Positions 1 to 9,533 of a stretch of DNA of 64,000 bases are shown here, piece by piece (within the stretch, counting starts at the first letter, position 1; each line of letters starts with the position of its first letter). Below the pieces are notes generated by a model. The model had not been told where the DNA came from, searched no databases, and saw nothing but the letters and a program-made list of their open reading frames with translations. This DNA is from Candidatus Bathyarchaeum tardum (lineage in GTDB: Archaea; Thermoproteota; Bathyarchaeia; Bathyarchaeales; Bathyarchaeaceae), in contig CP122380.1 in NCBI GenBank assembly GCA_024650005.2, forward strand, positions 1,472,001-1,536,000. The letters are read 5' to 3'. A program made the translations under genes and the position numbers.

Positions 1-854
1 TTTCTTTGTTCAGATAACTCGTTGATTATTTGTTGTTTTGATATTTTTGCATATTTTTTGTCCATTTCAAACCCTATGAAGTCAACGCCTAACCTTAGAC
101 AGGCAATTGCTGTGTTGCCGATTCCTATGAAGGGATCTAAAACTAGTTTGGTTTTTTCCAGTCCATGAAGTTTGATGCACATCATGGGCAGTTTAGGCGG
201 AAAACTAGATGGGTGAGGTCGTTGTTTTTTTCGGGACCAAATTGTTTCATAAGGTATAAACCAAGTGTCACCGCGGTCTCGGAGGTCTGTTGTTGCATTT
301 TTCCATCGCCCGATATTTGTTTTATCTTGGTAGGGAACTCCAACTGATAGTTTATCTACTTCCACGTTTCCGTTTTTGGTAAATTGAAAAATGTATTCGT
401 GGCACCTGTTCACGAAACGGGTACTATTAACTGGCTTGAAATGTCCTACTGCAATGTCACCAAGTATGTTTGGGTAGTTTCCTGTATCATCTTTAGGCAA
501 CGCAATGGATTTTATCCAATGAATAACGTTCTGCAATACAAAGTGTTTACGAAACCTGAAGGCTACTTCCCATGCCACCCAAGGATCCTTAGATTTATAA
601 CCAATATTCAAAAAAAAGGATCCTGAATCACTTAGAACCCGTTTGCACTCTTTTGCAAAGGATTCCATCCAAGTTAGATACTCTTCCCGAGAACAAGAAT
701 CATCATAAGAATTGTATCTAATGCCCAAATTGTACGGTGGAGAAGTTACAATAACATCTACTTCACCATCTTCAACAAACCGTTGCATTCCTTCCAGACA
801 ATCCAAAAGGTACACCTGATTCTTTTCGCAACGCACCAAAGCCACGCCAACCAT
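1..854 (-). CDS. Site-specific DNA methyltransferase (N4C/N6A, beta class), 3' end runs off the window
   Basis: Not in the ORF track. Manual translation from ATG at 854 gives DVIVTSPPY (motif IV), HPSSFP and LDPFIGIG (motif I), open to the window edge. Confidence 0.9.
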   Translation of the reverse strand, partial: MVGVALVRCEKNQVYLLDCLEGMQRFVEDGEVDVIVTSPPYNLGIRYNSYDDSCSREEYLTWMESFAKECKRVLSDSGSFFLNIGYKSKDPWVAWEVAFRFRKHFVLQNVIHWIKSIALPKDDTGNYPNILGDIAVGHFKPVNSTRFVNRCHEYIFQFTKNGNVEVDKLSVGVPYQDKTNIGRWKNATTDLRDRGDTWFIPYETIWSRKKQRPHPSSFPPKLPMMCIKLHGLEKTKLVLDPFIGIGNTAIACLRLGVDFIGFEMDKKYAKISKQQIINELSEQR

Positions 855-954
855 CTAAACAACTAGAAAAACACGACAGACACTAATAACAATTAATCAT
901 TGAAGGAATGTTTTTCTAAAGAGCAAAAGTTCACATGTTCATTCAGATTATAAG

Positions 955-1032
955 TGGTGCTCCGGCCGGGATTCGAACCCGGGTCGGCGGCTCGAGAGGC
1001 CGTCATACTTAACCGGACTATACTACCGGAGC
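955..1032 (-). tRNA. tRNA-Glu (anticodon CTC), CCA encoded
   Basis: Reverse complement GCTCCGG...CT-CTC-GA...GGTTCGAATCCC...CCGGAGC-A-CCA forms a cloverleaf. Confidence 0.95.
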
Positions 1033-1188
1033 CCTGAACTATACTATTTTTTTACTTGCGTTTTCTACAGATAGTAACTTCATGTTTGTTGCTGTAACGC
1101 ACATATTCAAAGACAGCTTCTATAAGTTTGTTTTCCTCAGCTTCAGATAATATTGTCTAAATGAATAAAAAGGGCACAATTATTCTTT

Positions 1189-2316
1189 CTATGATTGGAG
1201 TTCAGTTCCATTCCAAAAAATCAGTTTCTCGTAAGGAAGGGTATTATTTGATTCCAGTGCATCTTCATAAATTATGTCCAAGGTTGTATTGTATTCTTCA
1301 AGTAAACCTCCGAGGGTTGCAGATAGTTGATAAGAAAAATCATCAGCTTCCCAAAGTCCCCAAATTTTGTCTTTGGGTCCTCTGAATCCGTATGCATAAT
1401 CTTTGGGAAGAACAAAGGCAACTCGTTTATTTTGTGTTTCTAGGGTTCGAGGGTTTTCTTGGGTATATTGCTAAAATTGTTTAATTGCTTGGATATGTTC
1501 GTCTTGTAAAATTCCTGCAGTGTAGGGTTCGTTTGAATCAAATATTGTGATGTATTTTGCTCCATTGTTGTAGGCTAAAATTAAGTCGTTATAAAGTTCT
1601 TCTCCGGATTCAATATGAGGGGTGTTAAGATAAGTCCAAGTAACTATGACACCCCAACTTTTGTCTTGAACAGTAGCGGCTCCTCTGCAAAGGGCGATAT
1701 TTAATTGTCTGCTTAGATTCCAGCCAAATTGAGCAAGCAAAACATCATACCCTGCTTCATAGTCGAACCAATAAAGAGCATAATCTGAGGTAAACAAAGA
1801 AGGACGAAAAGATTCAGTGAACCCACTGGTAAACCGATCTAATCTGTTAGTTATTCCTTGAACAAATTTGTCACTTGCATCAGTGATGTTTTCCGCCTCA
1901 GAAACCACAAATCGTACTTGGTCTAATTGGCGTCCTCCTGCTTCATCATAAGCATAATAACCTAAGAACAGATCACCCCACCGGTTTTTTGCAGTTTCAA
2001 TCCATCTTGTTTGAGGGGAATGTTCAGAATAAATAATAAAATACATTCCATGATCGTAAATATATTGACACGTTTCATCAAGTTTATTTTGATCATATGT
2101 TATGCCCGTGCAGCCAATAATAAACATGTTCGTGTGTGATTTTAGTTCAGTAATGAGTTCTTTGATTGCTGGAAGGTCATCGTAAGCTGCATCTATGCCT
2201 ACGTAAACATCTGGTGTTTCGGCTGTAAATGGACGTGTTACTAAGAAAGTTTGTTGCAAAGAGACGCCAACAAGCAATAAACAAGCAATTAAGGGAAAAA
2301 GGTGTTGATATTTCAT
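1189..2316 (-). pseudogene. Secreted/membrane-anchored hypothetical protein interrupted by an in-frame TAG at 1471-1473
   Basis: N-terminal hydrophobic signal. The 281-aa ORF is followed in frame by 93 more sense codons (QYTQENPR...KDYAYGFRGPKDKIWGLWEAD...IFWNGTELQS*). Confidence 0.65.
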
Positions 2317-2578
2317 GTACGTTTAAAGCAATACGTATAGTGCAACATAAATTTTTTTCAAAATTAAAGAAATATTAACTGTAAATTTTTGTTGGATAAA
2401 CTAAAGTTAGTATTGTGTTGTTTTTTTGCTTTTACGGTTTCGAAACACTTAAAATAAATATTGAGTTTATTCAAGCATCAAGTTCAATTAATATTTGGGT
2501 TGTGTTGTTCGGTATCTTTGGTCTGCACAGAACGTTAACGAATTATTGAACTTGAGTTTGTTGTAAAGGAAAAAGAAG

Positions 2579-3496
2579 ATGAGAGAGAATATGAGTTCAG
2601 GTTGCGCTGAAAAATGTAACGAGTGTGGCGCGTCATTGCTTGTTCGTGATCCAGAAACAGGTGAAGTTGTTTGTGCAACATGCGGAGTGGTAGTATCCAC
2701 ACAAGTAACAGACTTAGGACCAGAATGGCGAGCTTACACGCCCCAAGAAACCAAAGATAAAAGACGAGTCGGAGCGCCCCAAACTTTATCACTTCATGAT
2801 AAAGGACTTAGCACAAACATTGACTGGCGTGACATAAGCGGTTTTGCCCCAGAAAAAAGAGCCCAACTGCAACGTATTCGACAATGGCAACAAAGAAGCC
2901 GTGTTTCCAGCTCTTCAGAAAGAAACCTTACCATTGCATTGTCAGAAATCAACAGAATATCAGACAAACTGGGTCTGCCAAAGAACATCGTGGAAACTTC
3001 TTCAGTTGTTTACAGAAAAGCAGTCAACGAAAAACTAATTCGGGGACGATCAATCCGGGGAATGGCCATAGCATCAACATATTTGGCGTGCAGACAAAAC
3101 AAACTTATCCGAACCATTTCAACAATGTCGGAAGTCACAGGAATACCCACAAAAGAAATTGCAGCTAACTACAGATATTTAGTAAGGCAACTGAAAATTT
3201 TTGTGCCCATAGTAATGCCAAACCAGCACATCACCAAGTTATCTAACAATCTGGAACTAGACGGAATAACAGAAGGCATAGCTCATCAAATTCATTTAGG
3301 AGCAAAAAAACAAAAACTAACTGCAGGAAGAGGCGCAAAAAGTATCGCAGCAGCAGCCTGCTACATAGCTGCCAGAATAGTTGGAAATTACAGGACCCAA
3401 AGGGAAGTTGCAGACGCCGCTGAATTAACAGAGGTCACTATCAGAAACAGGTACAAAGAAATGATGAACCAACTAACAATAGTCGTTAACCTCTAA
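2579..3496 (+). CDS. tfb: Transcription initiation factor IIB (TFB)
   Basis: Zn ribbon CxxC...CxxC, GPEWRAY, HDKGLST, two cyclin repeats, TQREVA..TEVTIRNRYKE. Confidence 0.95.
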   Translation: MRENMSSGCAEKCNECGASLLVRDPETGEVVCATCGVVVSTQVTDLGPEWRAYTPQETKDKRRVGAPQTLSLHDKGLSTNIDWRDISGFAPEKRAQLQRIRQWQQRSRVSSSSERNLTIALSEINRISDKLGLPKNIVETSSVVYRKAVNEKLIRGRSIRGMAIASTYLACRQNKLIRTISTMSEVTGIPTKEIAANYRYLVRQLKIFVPIVMPNQHITKLSNNLELDGITEGIAHQIHLGAKKQKLTAGRGAKSIAAAACYIAARIVGNYRTQREVADAAELTEVTIRNRYKEMMNQLTIVVNL

Positions 3497-3786
3497 TCGT
3501 TTACCTAATTTTGAAAATTTGGTCCTTTTAGTTGAACCATTTTTGTGCACAAACAAAAAATAAATACAAAATGTTGTTCAACACAAAAATGAAAAACAAG
3601 CAAAGCTAAAGGCTAAAGGGTTTATTAATGGGGAAGAGAATTCTAGAATAGGTTTACACAGCAGTTCCGTTAACATTTGATTTTGTTTTTGTGACTGTGT
3701 ATAGATTGTAAGAATTATCTTACTGGTCTGTTTCGTGTTCTCCAGACAGCAAAATAATGGTTTACTAGAAAATTGGAGGTGAAAAT

Positions 3787-3975
3787 ATGCCATCACACGG
3801 TTCGTTATCTAAAGCAGGGAAAGTAAGATCGATAACCCCAAAAATCGAAGGGCGAGAAGTACATTCAAAGGGTCCAAGGGTCACTAATAGTAATATTTTT
3901 CATAAACGAGTGGAACTTGACCGCGGCGTAGGTCAATACAAACCAGGTCAACGAAAACGCAGACGACGCAGATAA
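3787..3975 (+). CDS. rps30e: 30S ribosomal protein S30e
   Basis: [19 protein letters not shown] signature; GGAGGTGA SD upstream. Confidence 0.95.
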   Translation: MPSHGSLSKAGKVRSITPKIEGREVHSKGPRVTNSNIFHKRVELDRGVGQYKPGQRKRRRRR

Positions 3976-4080
3976 CTCAAATCACAACTAGTATTTTTGA
4001 AGCCTCATTTAATTTTTTGAATTTTTTGAGGTTCTAGGAATCCCTAGGTTCATAACTAAGGAAAATATCCAATGCAAACT

Positions 4081-4923
4081 TCAAATTTGTTTTTGTTTTT
4101 GGGTGCTCCAATGTTCAGCTAAAGCTTTCAAAGTTTCATTAAACAGATATTTTTTAGGCATCACGTCAACTCTTAAACCTAATTTTGTCAGCGAATCAGC
4201 AGTAAATGGACCGATGGCTACAATTGTTAAGTTATTGTTTAACAAGTTTTGCAACTGTTCTTGAGAAATAGTGTCGCTTAACATTTTAAACAAGTTTTTT
4301 GCACTAAGGGAACTGCCAAAAATTATTGCATTAACAGATCCAGCTTGCAAATCTTTAACAAATTTCTGCATTAAATCATGATTAATTGGAAGTAAAGACT
4401 CATACACATACAACTCATGAACAAGAGCCCCCAAGTTCCTGAGATTTTTAGCCAAATCGGGTGTGGCATCTTTAGTCCGTGGAATGTAGACAGTTTTGTT
4501 TTTTATTTCATAATGCTTTAGGCATTCAACTATTCCTTCTGAACTGTATTTTGTAGGAATTAAATTCACAGACACGTCGTAATAACTGAGTTCTTGGGCG
4601 GTTTTTGGACCTACAGCCAACACTACAACTTTTTTTATGCTCTCCAAAAGTTGTGTTTTCAGACCCAAACGGTCGACACAACTATTCAAGTAACGGATTC
4701 CATTCACGCTCATGAACAAAACGTAATCAATTTTGTTGGATTCTAATTCAGCAATAAAATGTTTCACAGATTCAACATCACAGGTTTCTTTTATCTCAAT
4801 AGAAGGAATAAAGTATGGAACTCCTCCGTAGCGGGTTATAAGTTTCCCTGTTTCTTCTGCTTGGTCCACGGGTCTAGTAATGGCAACGGTTCGCCCTTTC
4901 AGACTAAAGTTGTCTTGAACCAT
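4081..4923 (-). CDS. hemD: Uroporphyrinogen-III synthase
   Basis: VAITRP, FMSVNG, AVGPKTA, AIGPFTA motifs; hem operon. Confidence 0.9.
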   Translation of the reverse strand: MVQDNFSLKGRTVAITRPVDQAEETGKLITRYGGVPYFIPSIEIKETCDVESVKHFIAELESNKIDYVLFMSVNGIRYLNSCVDRLGLKTQLLESIKKVVVLAVGPKTAQELSYYDVSVNLIPTKYSSEGIVECLKHYEIKNKTVYIPRTKDATPDLAKNLRNLGALVHELYVYESLLPINHDLMQKFVKDLQAGSVNAIIFGSSLSAKNLFKMLSDTISQEQLQNLLNNNLTIVAIGPFTADSLTKLGLRVDVMPKKYLFNETLKALAEHWSTQKQKQI

Positions 4924-5654
4924 GAGAGCTTACTTCCTAACCGTACAACTTCTCCAATAATAACAACAGCAGGAGGTTTCACACCCTTCTCCTGAGCTAG
5001 TTCTACAATAGTACCTAAAGTTCCAATCAAACATCGTTGGTTTTTTGTAGTACCCCATTCAACTATAGCCACAGGCAAATTTGGATTTAAACCGCCTGCT
5101 ATCAAAGAATTTGTAGTTGATTGTAACGAGGCAACACCCATCAAAACAACAATAGTATCTACAGAACCTGCAAGTTTTCGCCAATTAATGGTTTTTTGGG
5201 GGTCGACAGCCTGATGACCAGTAACAACAGCAAAAGAGGAAGCATAATCTCGATGAGTAATTGGAATTCCTGCATAAGCTGCAACAGCAACTGCTGAAGT
5301 AACACCTGGAATAACTTCAAACTCTAAGTTGCGGTCAGCAAGGGCTTCTGCTTCTTCTCCTCCTCGACCAAAAACGAAGGGGTCACCACCTTTAAGGCGA
5401 ACAACAATTTTGCCTTTCTGGGCTAAATCAACTAATAACTGATTGATTTCTTGTTGAGAAAGCTCATGTTTCTCTGGACTTTTTCCCACATAGATTTTTT
5501 GAACACTTTTTGGAGCAAAATCAAGAATCAATTCAGAAACTAAGCGGTCATAGACCACAATTTCAGCGTCGCGTAATGCCTCAACAGCCTTCAAAGTTAC
5601 AAGTTTGGGGTCACCAGGACCGGCGCCAACCAAAAACACCTTACCACGTGCCAT
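4899..5654 (-). CDS. cobA: Uroporphyrinogen-III C-methyltransferase
   Basis: LVGAGPGDP, RLKGGDPFVFGRGGEE; start placed at ATG 5654. Confidence 0.93.
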   Translation of the reverse strand: MARGKVFLVGAGPGDPKLVTLKAVEALRDAEIVVYDRLVSELILDFAPKSVQKIYVGKSPEKHELSQQEINQLLVDLAQKGKIVVRLKGGDPFVFGRGGEEAEALADRNLEFEVIPGVTSAVAVAAYAGIPITHRDYASSFAVVTGHQAVDPQKTINWRKLAGSVDTIVVLMGVASLQSTTNSLIAGGLNPNLPVAIVEWGTTKNQRCLIGTLGTIVELAQEKGVKPPAVVIIGEVVRLGSKLSWFKTTLV

Positions 5655-6573
5655 ATTTTTCCCTCCATTCTGCTTCAAACTTCTTAGCGCCCTTGGCTAT
5701 GAGATCTTGGGCAACTTTTTTGCCTAAATCCTGAGCGTCTGCAAGGCTGCCTTTTGCTGAAGAAAAAATCTTTTTTTGACCATCCAAAGAAAATACACAA
5801 GCAGAAAATAATAACTGGTCACCATTTGCACGTCCAATTGTTCCAATTGGGACTCTGCAACCGCCTTCAAGGGCAAGCACTAAGTTTCGTTCAGCAGTTA
5901 TTTCGGCATGAGATGGAACATGATCTACTGATTCAAGAACTCTAATCACAGATTCGTTATCCTGTTTTACAGCCAATGCTAAGGCGCCTTGTCCAGCAGA
6001 AGGAGAAAACTGATCCAACGAGAAACGCTCAGTAATTTTGTTTTCTAAACCTAGCCTGTTAAGCCCAGCTTCAGCAACAACAATCGCATCAAAGTCACCA
6101 TTATTCACTTTTTTTATTCTCGTGTCAACGTTGCCACGTATCGGTTTAATCTGCAAATCAGGTCGAAGATACTTAACCTGAGCCATTCGTCGTAAACTGC
6201 TGGTTCCAATTACTGCACCTTCGGGCAATTCGGCAAACGAAAGTTTATTCTTTGAAATTAGCACGTCATGAGGTGAATTGCGTTCAGGTATCGCAACAAT
6301 CATTGTTTGAGAGTGTTCTAGAATGGGAACATCTTTAAGGCTGTGAACAGCGAAGTCGACTTCTCCTTTTTCGATTGCTTGGTCGATTTCTTTTTCAAAT
6401 ATGCCTTTTCGGTCAAGGGAAAAAAGTGACTGGGACTGGTCTTTGTCCCCTAAGGTTTTGATTATTTTTACGTCAAATTGGACGTGAGGATTAAGGGAAT
6501 GAAGACGTTTCAAAACAGTGTTTGTTTGCATCAACGAGAGTTTACTTCCACGGGTACCAACAGTCAAAATCAA
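5641..6573 (-). CDS. hemC: Hydroxymethylbilane synthase
   Basis: GTRGSKL, VHSLKD, GTSSLRR, LEGGCRVPIG. Confidence 0.95.
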   Translation of the reverse strand: MILTVGTRGSKLSLMQTNTVLKRLHSLNPHVQFDVKIIKTLGDKDQSQSLFSLDRKGIFEKEIDQAIEKGEVDFAVHSLKDVPILEHSQTMIVAIPERNSPHDVLISKNKLSFAELPEGAVIGTSSLRRMAQVKYLRPDLQIKPIRGNVDTRIKKVNNGDFDAIVVAEAGLNRLGLENKITERFSLDQFSPSAGQGALALAVKQDNESVIRVLESVDHVPSHAEITAERNLVLALEGGCRVPIGTIGRANGDQLLFSACVFSLDGQKKIFSSAKGSLADAQDLGKKVAQDLIAKGAKKFEAEWREKYGTW

Positions 6574-7889
6574 TGAACAGTGCCTCCAGTAGTTGAGACT
6601 TTACGCAGAGCATCATCAATAGCATCTACAGTCTGTTCCAAGTCTTCTTGGCTGTGAGCAGTAGACAAGAAACAGGTTTCAAACTGGGACGGAGGAATAA
6701 ACACTCCTTGATTCAAGAGTTCATGGAAATATACTGAAAACTTTTGGATATCAGATGCTTTGGCGCTGTTGTAATCTGTAACTGGGGTAGTAGAAAAGAA
6801 AATCTGAAACATAGATGCAATGTTTTTTACTTGAGCAGGTATGTGATAGTGTGAAGCTAGTTCAGTAATGGCATTTGATAATTGTTGGCAGTTGCGTTCA
6901 AGTTTAGGATATATTTCATCCTTGTTTTTCTGTAAAGTTTGAAGAACAGCGTAACCTGCAGCCACAGAAACAGGGTTGCCGCTGAAGGTGCCTGCTTGAT
7001 ACACCTTGCCCACAGGAGAAAGGTTTTGCATTATGTCTTTTCTTCCACCAAAGGCGGCTATTGGAAATCCACCCCCAAGTATCTTGCCTAAAGTAGTAAT
7101 ATCAGGGTGTATTTCGAAACGTTCTTGGGCGCCTCCTAGGGCAAGCCGAAAACCTGTGATGACCTCATCAAATATCAAAAGAACCCCATAAGCTTGAGTT
7201 AAACGCCGAATCTTGTTTAGATAATCATTGCTTGGCAGTATGAGACCAGCATTTCCAATCACGGGTTCAACGATAACTGCTGCAATTTCATAGCTTTGCC
7301 GTTTAATGGTTTCTTCCAAAACAGGATAGTTGTTGTAGGGCATAACGATAGTGTTTTGAGCAGTTTCTTTAGGAATTCCAAGAGAATCTGGAGTTCCAAA
7401 AGAAGTTGCACCTGAACCTGCTTTTACCAAAACGTAATCATGTGCTCCATGATAGCAACCCTCAAATTTTATGATTTTTTGTTTTCCAGTAAAGCCTCTA
7501 GCAAGGCGTATTGCATGCATCGTAGCTTCAGTGCCGGAGTTTACAAGGCGTATCATTTCCATGCTTGGATACAGTTCGTTAATAAGTTGGACAAAGTTGA
7601 GTTCAATTTCTGTTGGAACCCCATACAGAGTACCTCTTGGCAGTTGCTGTTGTACTGCGTTTAGTATTCCTTCAAAGGCGTGACCAAGAATTAAAGGTCC
7701 ATAACCCAAACAGTAGTCCAGATATGCTTTGTCATCCACACTGTACAACTTTGAGGCTTTAGCCTGTTTAACAAAGAAGGGATACGGTTTGAACGCTCTA
7801 ACAGGACTGTTTACGCCCCCAGGTAAAATGGTTCGAGATTTGTCAAAGAGACGTTCTGAATTGGTTTTACTTACTGCTGGTTGAGCCAT
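6570..7889 (-). CDS. hemL: Glutamate-1-semialdehyde 2,1-aminomutase
   Basis: PGGVNSPVRAF, NSGTEATM, FDEVITGFR, GKILGGG. Confidence 0.97.
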   Translation of the reverse strand: MAQPAVSKTNSERLFDKSRTILPGGVNSPVRAFKPYPFFVKQAKASKLYSVDDKAYLDYCLGYGPLILGHAFEGILNAVQQQLPRGTLYGVPTEIELNFVQLINELYPSMEMIRLVNSGTEATMHAIRLARGFTGKQKIIKFEGCYHGAHDYVLVKAGSGATSFGTPDSLGIPKETAQNTIVMPYNNYPVLEETIKRQSYEIAAVIVEPVIGNAGLILPSNDYLNKIRRLTQAYGVLLIFDEVITGFRLALGGAQERFEIHPDITTLGKILGGGFPIAAFGGRKDIMQNLSPVGKVYQAGTFSGNPVSVAAGYAVLQTLQKNKDEIYPKLERNCQQLSNAITELASHYHIPAQVKNIASMFQIFFSTTPVTDYNSAKASDIQKFSVYFHELLNQGVFIPPSQFETCFLSTAHSQEDLEQTVDAIDDALRKVSTTGGTVH

Positions 7890-8854
7890 GATTCAACATC
7901 CTTAGCAAAATATGTGATAATAATGTCTGCACCTGCCCTTTTGATTCCAGTTAACATCTCTAGACCAGCAGCTTTTTCATCAATCCATCCGTTCTGGGAG
8001 GCAGTTTTAATCATAGCATATTCTCCGCTTACGCTGTATGCAGCTATGGGTAAACTAAAGTTGGATTTTGCCATACTAATGATATCCAAGTAAGCCATTG
8101 CAGGTTTGACCATCAAAATGTCTGCACCTTCGTTTGCGTCTAATTCCATTTCACGCAAAGCCTCATCAGAACCCTTGGCGTAGCTCATTTGGTAACATTT
8201 TCGGTTTCCAAAACTTGGGGCAGAATCCACAGCTTCCCTAAAGGGACCATAAAAACTAGACGCATACTTTGCGGAATACGCCATTATCCCAACATTACCA
8301 AAGCCAGAGTCATCTAACGCTTGGCGAATAAACATCACTTGACCGTCCATCATGCTAGATGGAGCAACAATGTCTGCTCCTGCTTCTGCGTGGCTAACAG
8401 CCATTTTCTGCAATAATTCTAAAGTAGAATCATTTAGTATCTGGTTGTTTTTTACAATTCCACAGTGCCCATGATTTGTATATTCACAAAGACAAACATC
8501 AGTCATAACAACCAGTTCATCACCAAATTCAGTTTTCAGGTTATGGACTGCTTTTTGAACAATCCCAGATTTATTAAAAGCTTCAGAGCCTTTTTCGTCT
8601 CTTGTTTTGGGCACCCCAAAAAGAAGAACAGAATTAACACCATTCTCTAGAATTTGTCTGGCTTCATCAATTACATGATCAAGAGGCAATCTACAACATC
8701 CAGACATACAAGAAAGAGGAACAGATGACTTGGCGTTTTCGTCAATAAACAAAGGCTGAACCAGATTACTAGGATGAATCCTAACAGTAGTAGTTAAAGC
8801 CCGCAAAGCAGGAGTCCGACGCAGTCGCCTCATTCGAATTGATGGAAAAGCCAC
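7871..8854 (-). CDS. hemB: Porphobilinogen synthase (Zn-type)
   Basis: DVCLCEYTNHGHCG, YGPFREA, LMVKPA. Confidence 0.97.
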   Translation of the reverse strand: MAFPSIRMRRLRRTPALRALTTTVRIHPSNLVQPLFIDENAKSSVPLSCMSGCCRLPLDHVIDEARQILENGVNSVLLFGVPKTRDEKGSEAFNKSGIVQKAVHNLKTEFGDELVVMTDVCLCEYTNHGHCGIVKNNQILNDSTLELLQKMAVSHAEAGADIVAPSSMMDGQVMFIRQALDDSGFGNVGIMAYSAKYASSFYGPFREAVDSAPSFGNRKCYQMSYAKGSDEALREMELDANEGADILMVKPAMAYLDIISMAKSNFSLPIAAYSVSGEYAMIKTASQNGWIDEKAAGLEMLTGIKRAGADIIITYFAKDVESWLNQQ

Positions 8855-8856
8855 AC

Positions 8857-9531
8857 TTAACCCTCCGTATGATTAGTAGTTGGTTCTTGAAAGCTTTTTG
8901 TAATATCTAATGCAAATTGTTTTGCTTGGTCCATATCACCTTTTTTCAACATTTTTTGTATGTGAGTGTCTTGAAGAATTTCGGTCATGACAATTTTTCT
9001 GATTTTTTGGTCAGGGATCATCTGTTTTAGCTCACCCCTTACATATTCTTGTAACTTGATTTGAAGCAAATCTTGTTTAGTTATCATTTTTTCAATTCGT
9101 TGCCGTAGAACTCGAGCCATTGAAGGACTTTTGCCACTTGTAGATACAGCAATTCTTACGTCATCTATTTTTGCTAATGCAGGAAGCATAAAATCACTAA
9201 TTTTGGTATTATCCACGGCATAAACCATGGACCCTGCAGTTTTAGCACGTTTAACGAGCTGTGCATTGAGTTCATGGTCATTTGTTACAGCAACCAAAAC
9301 ATCAGGCACCTGTTTGAAACTGCCAATAAATGAGTTGGCATCTTTGATGTTTTTTTGGCATAATTCGATTTTTTTTAGTTCATGTAAGTTATGAATTTCA
9401 TCCAGAAAATTCTGGCTTACAACCAAGATTTTTGATCCTGCATCTAAAAAACTCATGATTTTTCGGTGGGCTTCAGGTCCGCCACCAACGATAACAACTT
9501 GTTTGTTTTTTAGGTCAAGATCTAAAATCAA
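8857..9531 (-). CDS. sirC: Precorrin-2 dehydrogenase (SirC / CysG N-terminal type)
   Basis: VVIVGGG Rossmann motif, AVSTSGKSP. Confidence 0.88.
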   Translation of the reverse strand: MILDLDLKNKQVVIVGGGPEAHRKIMSFLDAGSKILVVSQNFLDEIHNLHELKKIELCQKNIKDANSFIGSFKQVPDVLVAVTNDHELNAQLVKRAKTAGSMVYAVDNTKISDFMLPALAKIDDVRIAVSTSGKSPSMARVLRQRIEKMITKQDLLQIKLQEYVRGELKQMIPDQKIRKIVMTEILQDTHIQKMLKKGDMDQAKQFALDITKSFQEPTTNHTEG

Positions 9532-9533
9532 GT

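Noticed and set aside
1471-1473. Genome-wide TAG recoding to pyrrolysine
   Set aside because: TAG ends several conserved genes at expected positions and no pyl genes are in the window
4899-4923. Frameshifted CobA-HemD fusion
   Set aside because: hemD has its own ATG, and a short overlap is normal in this operon
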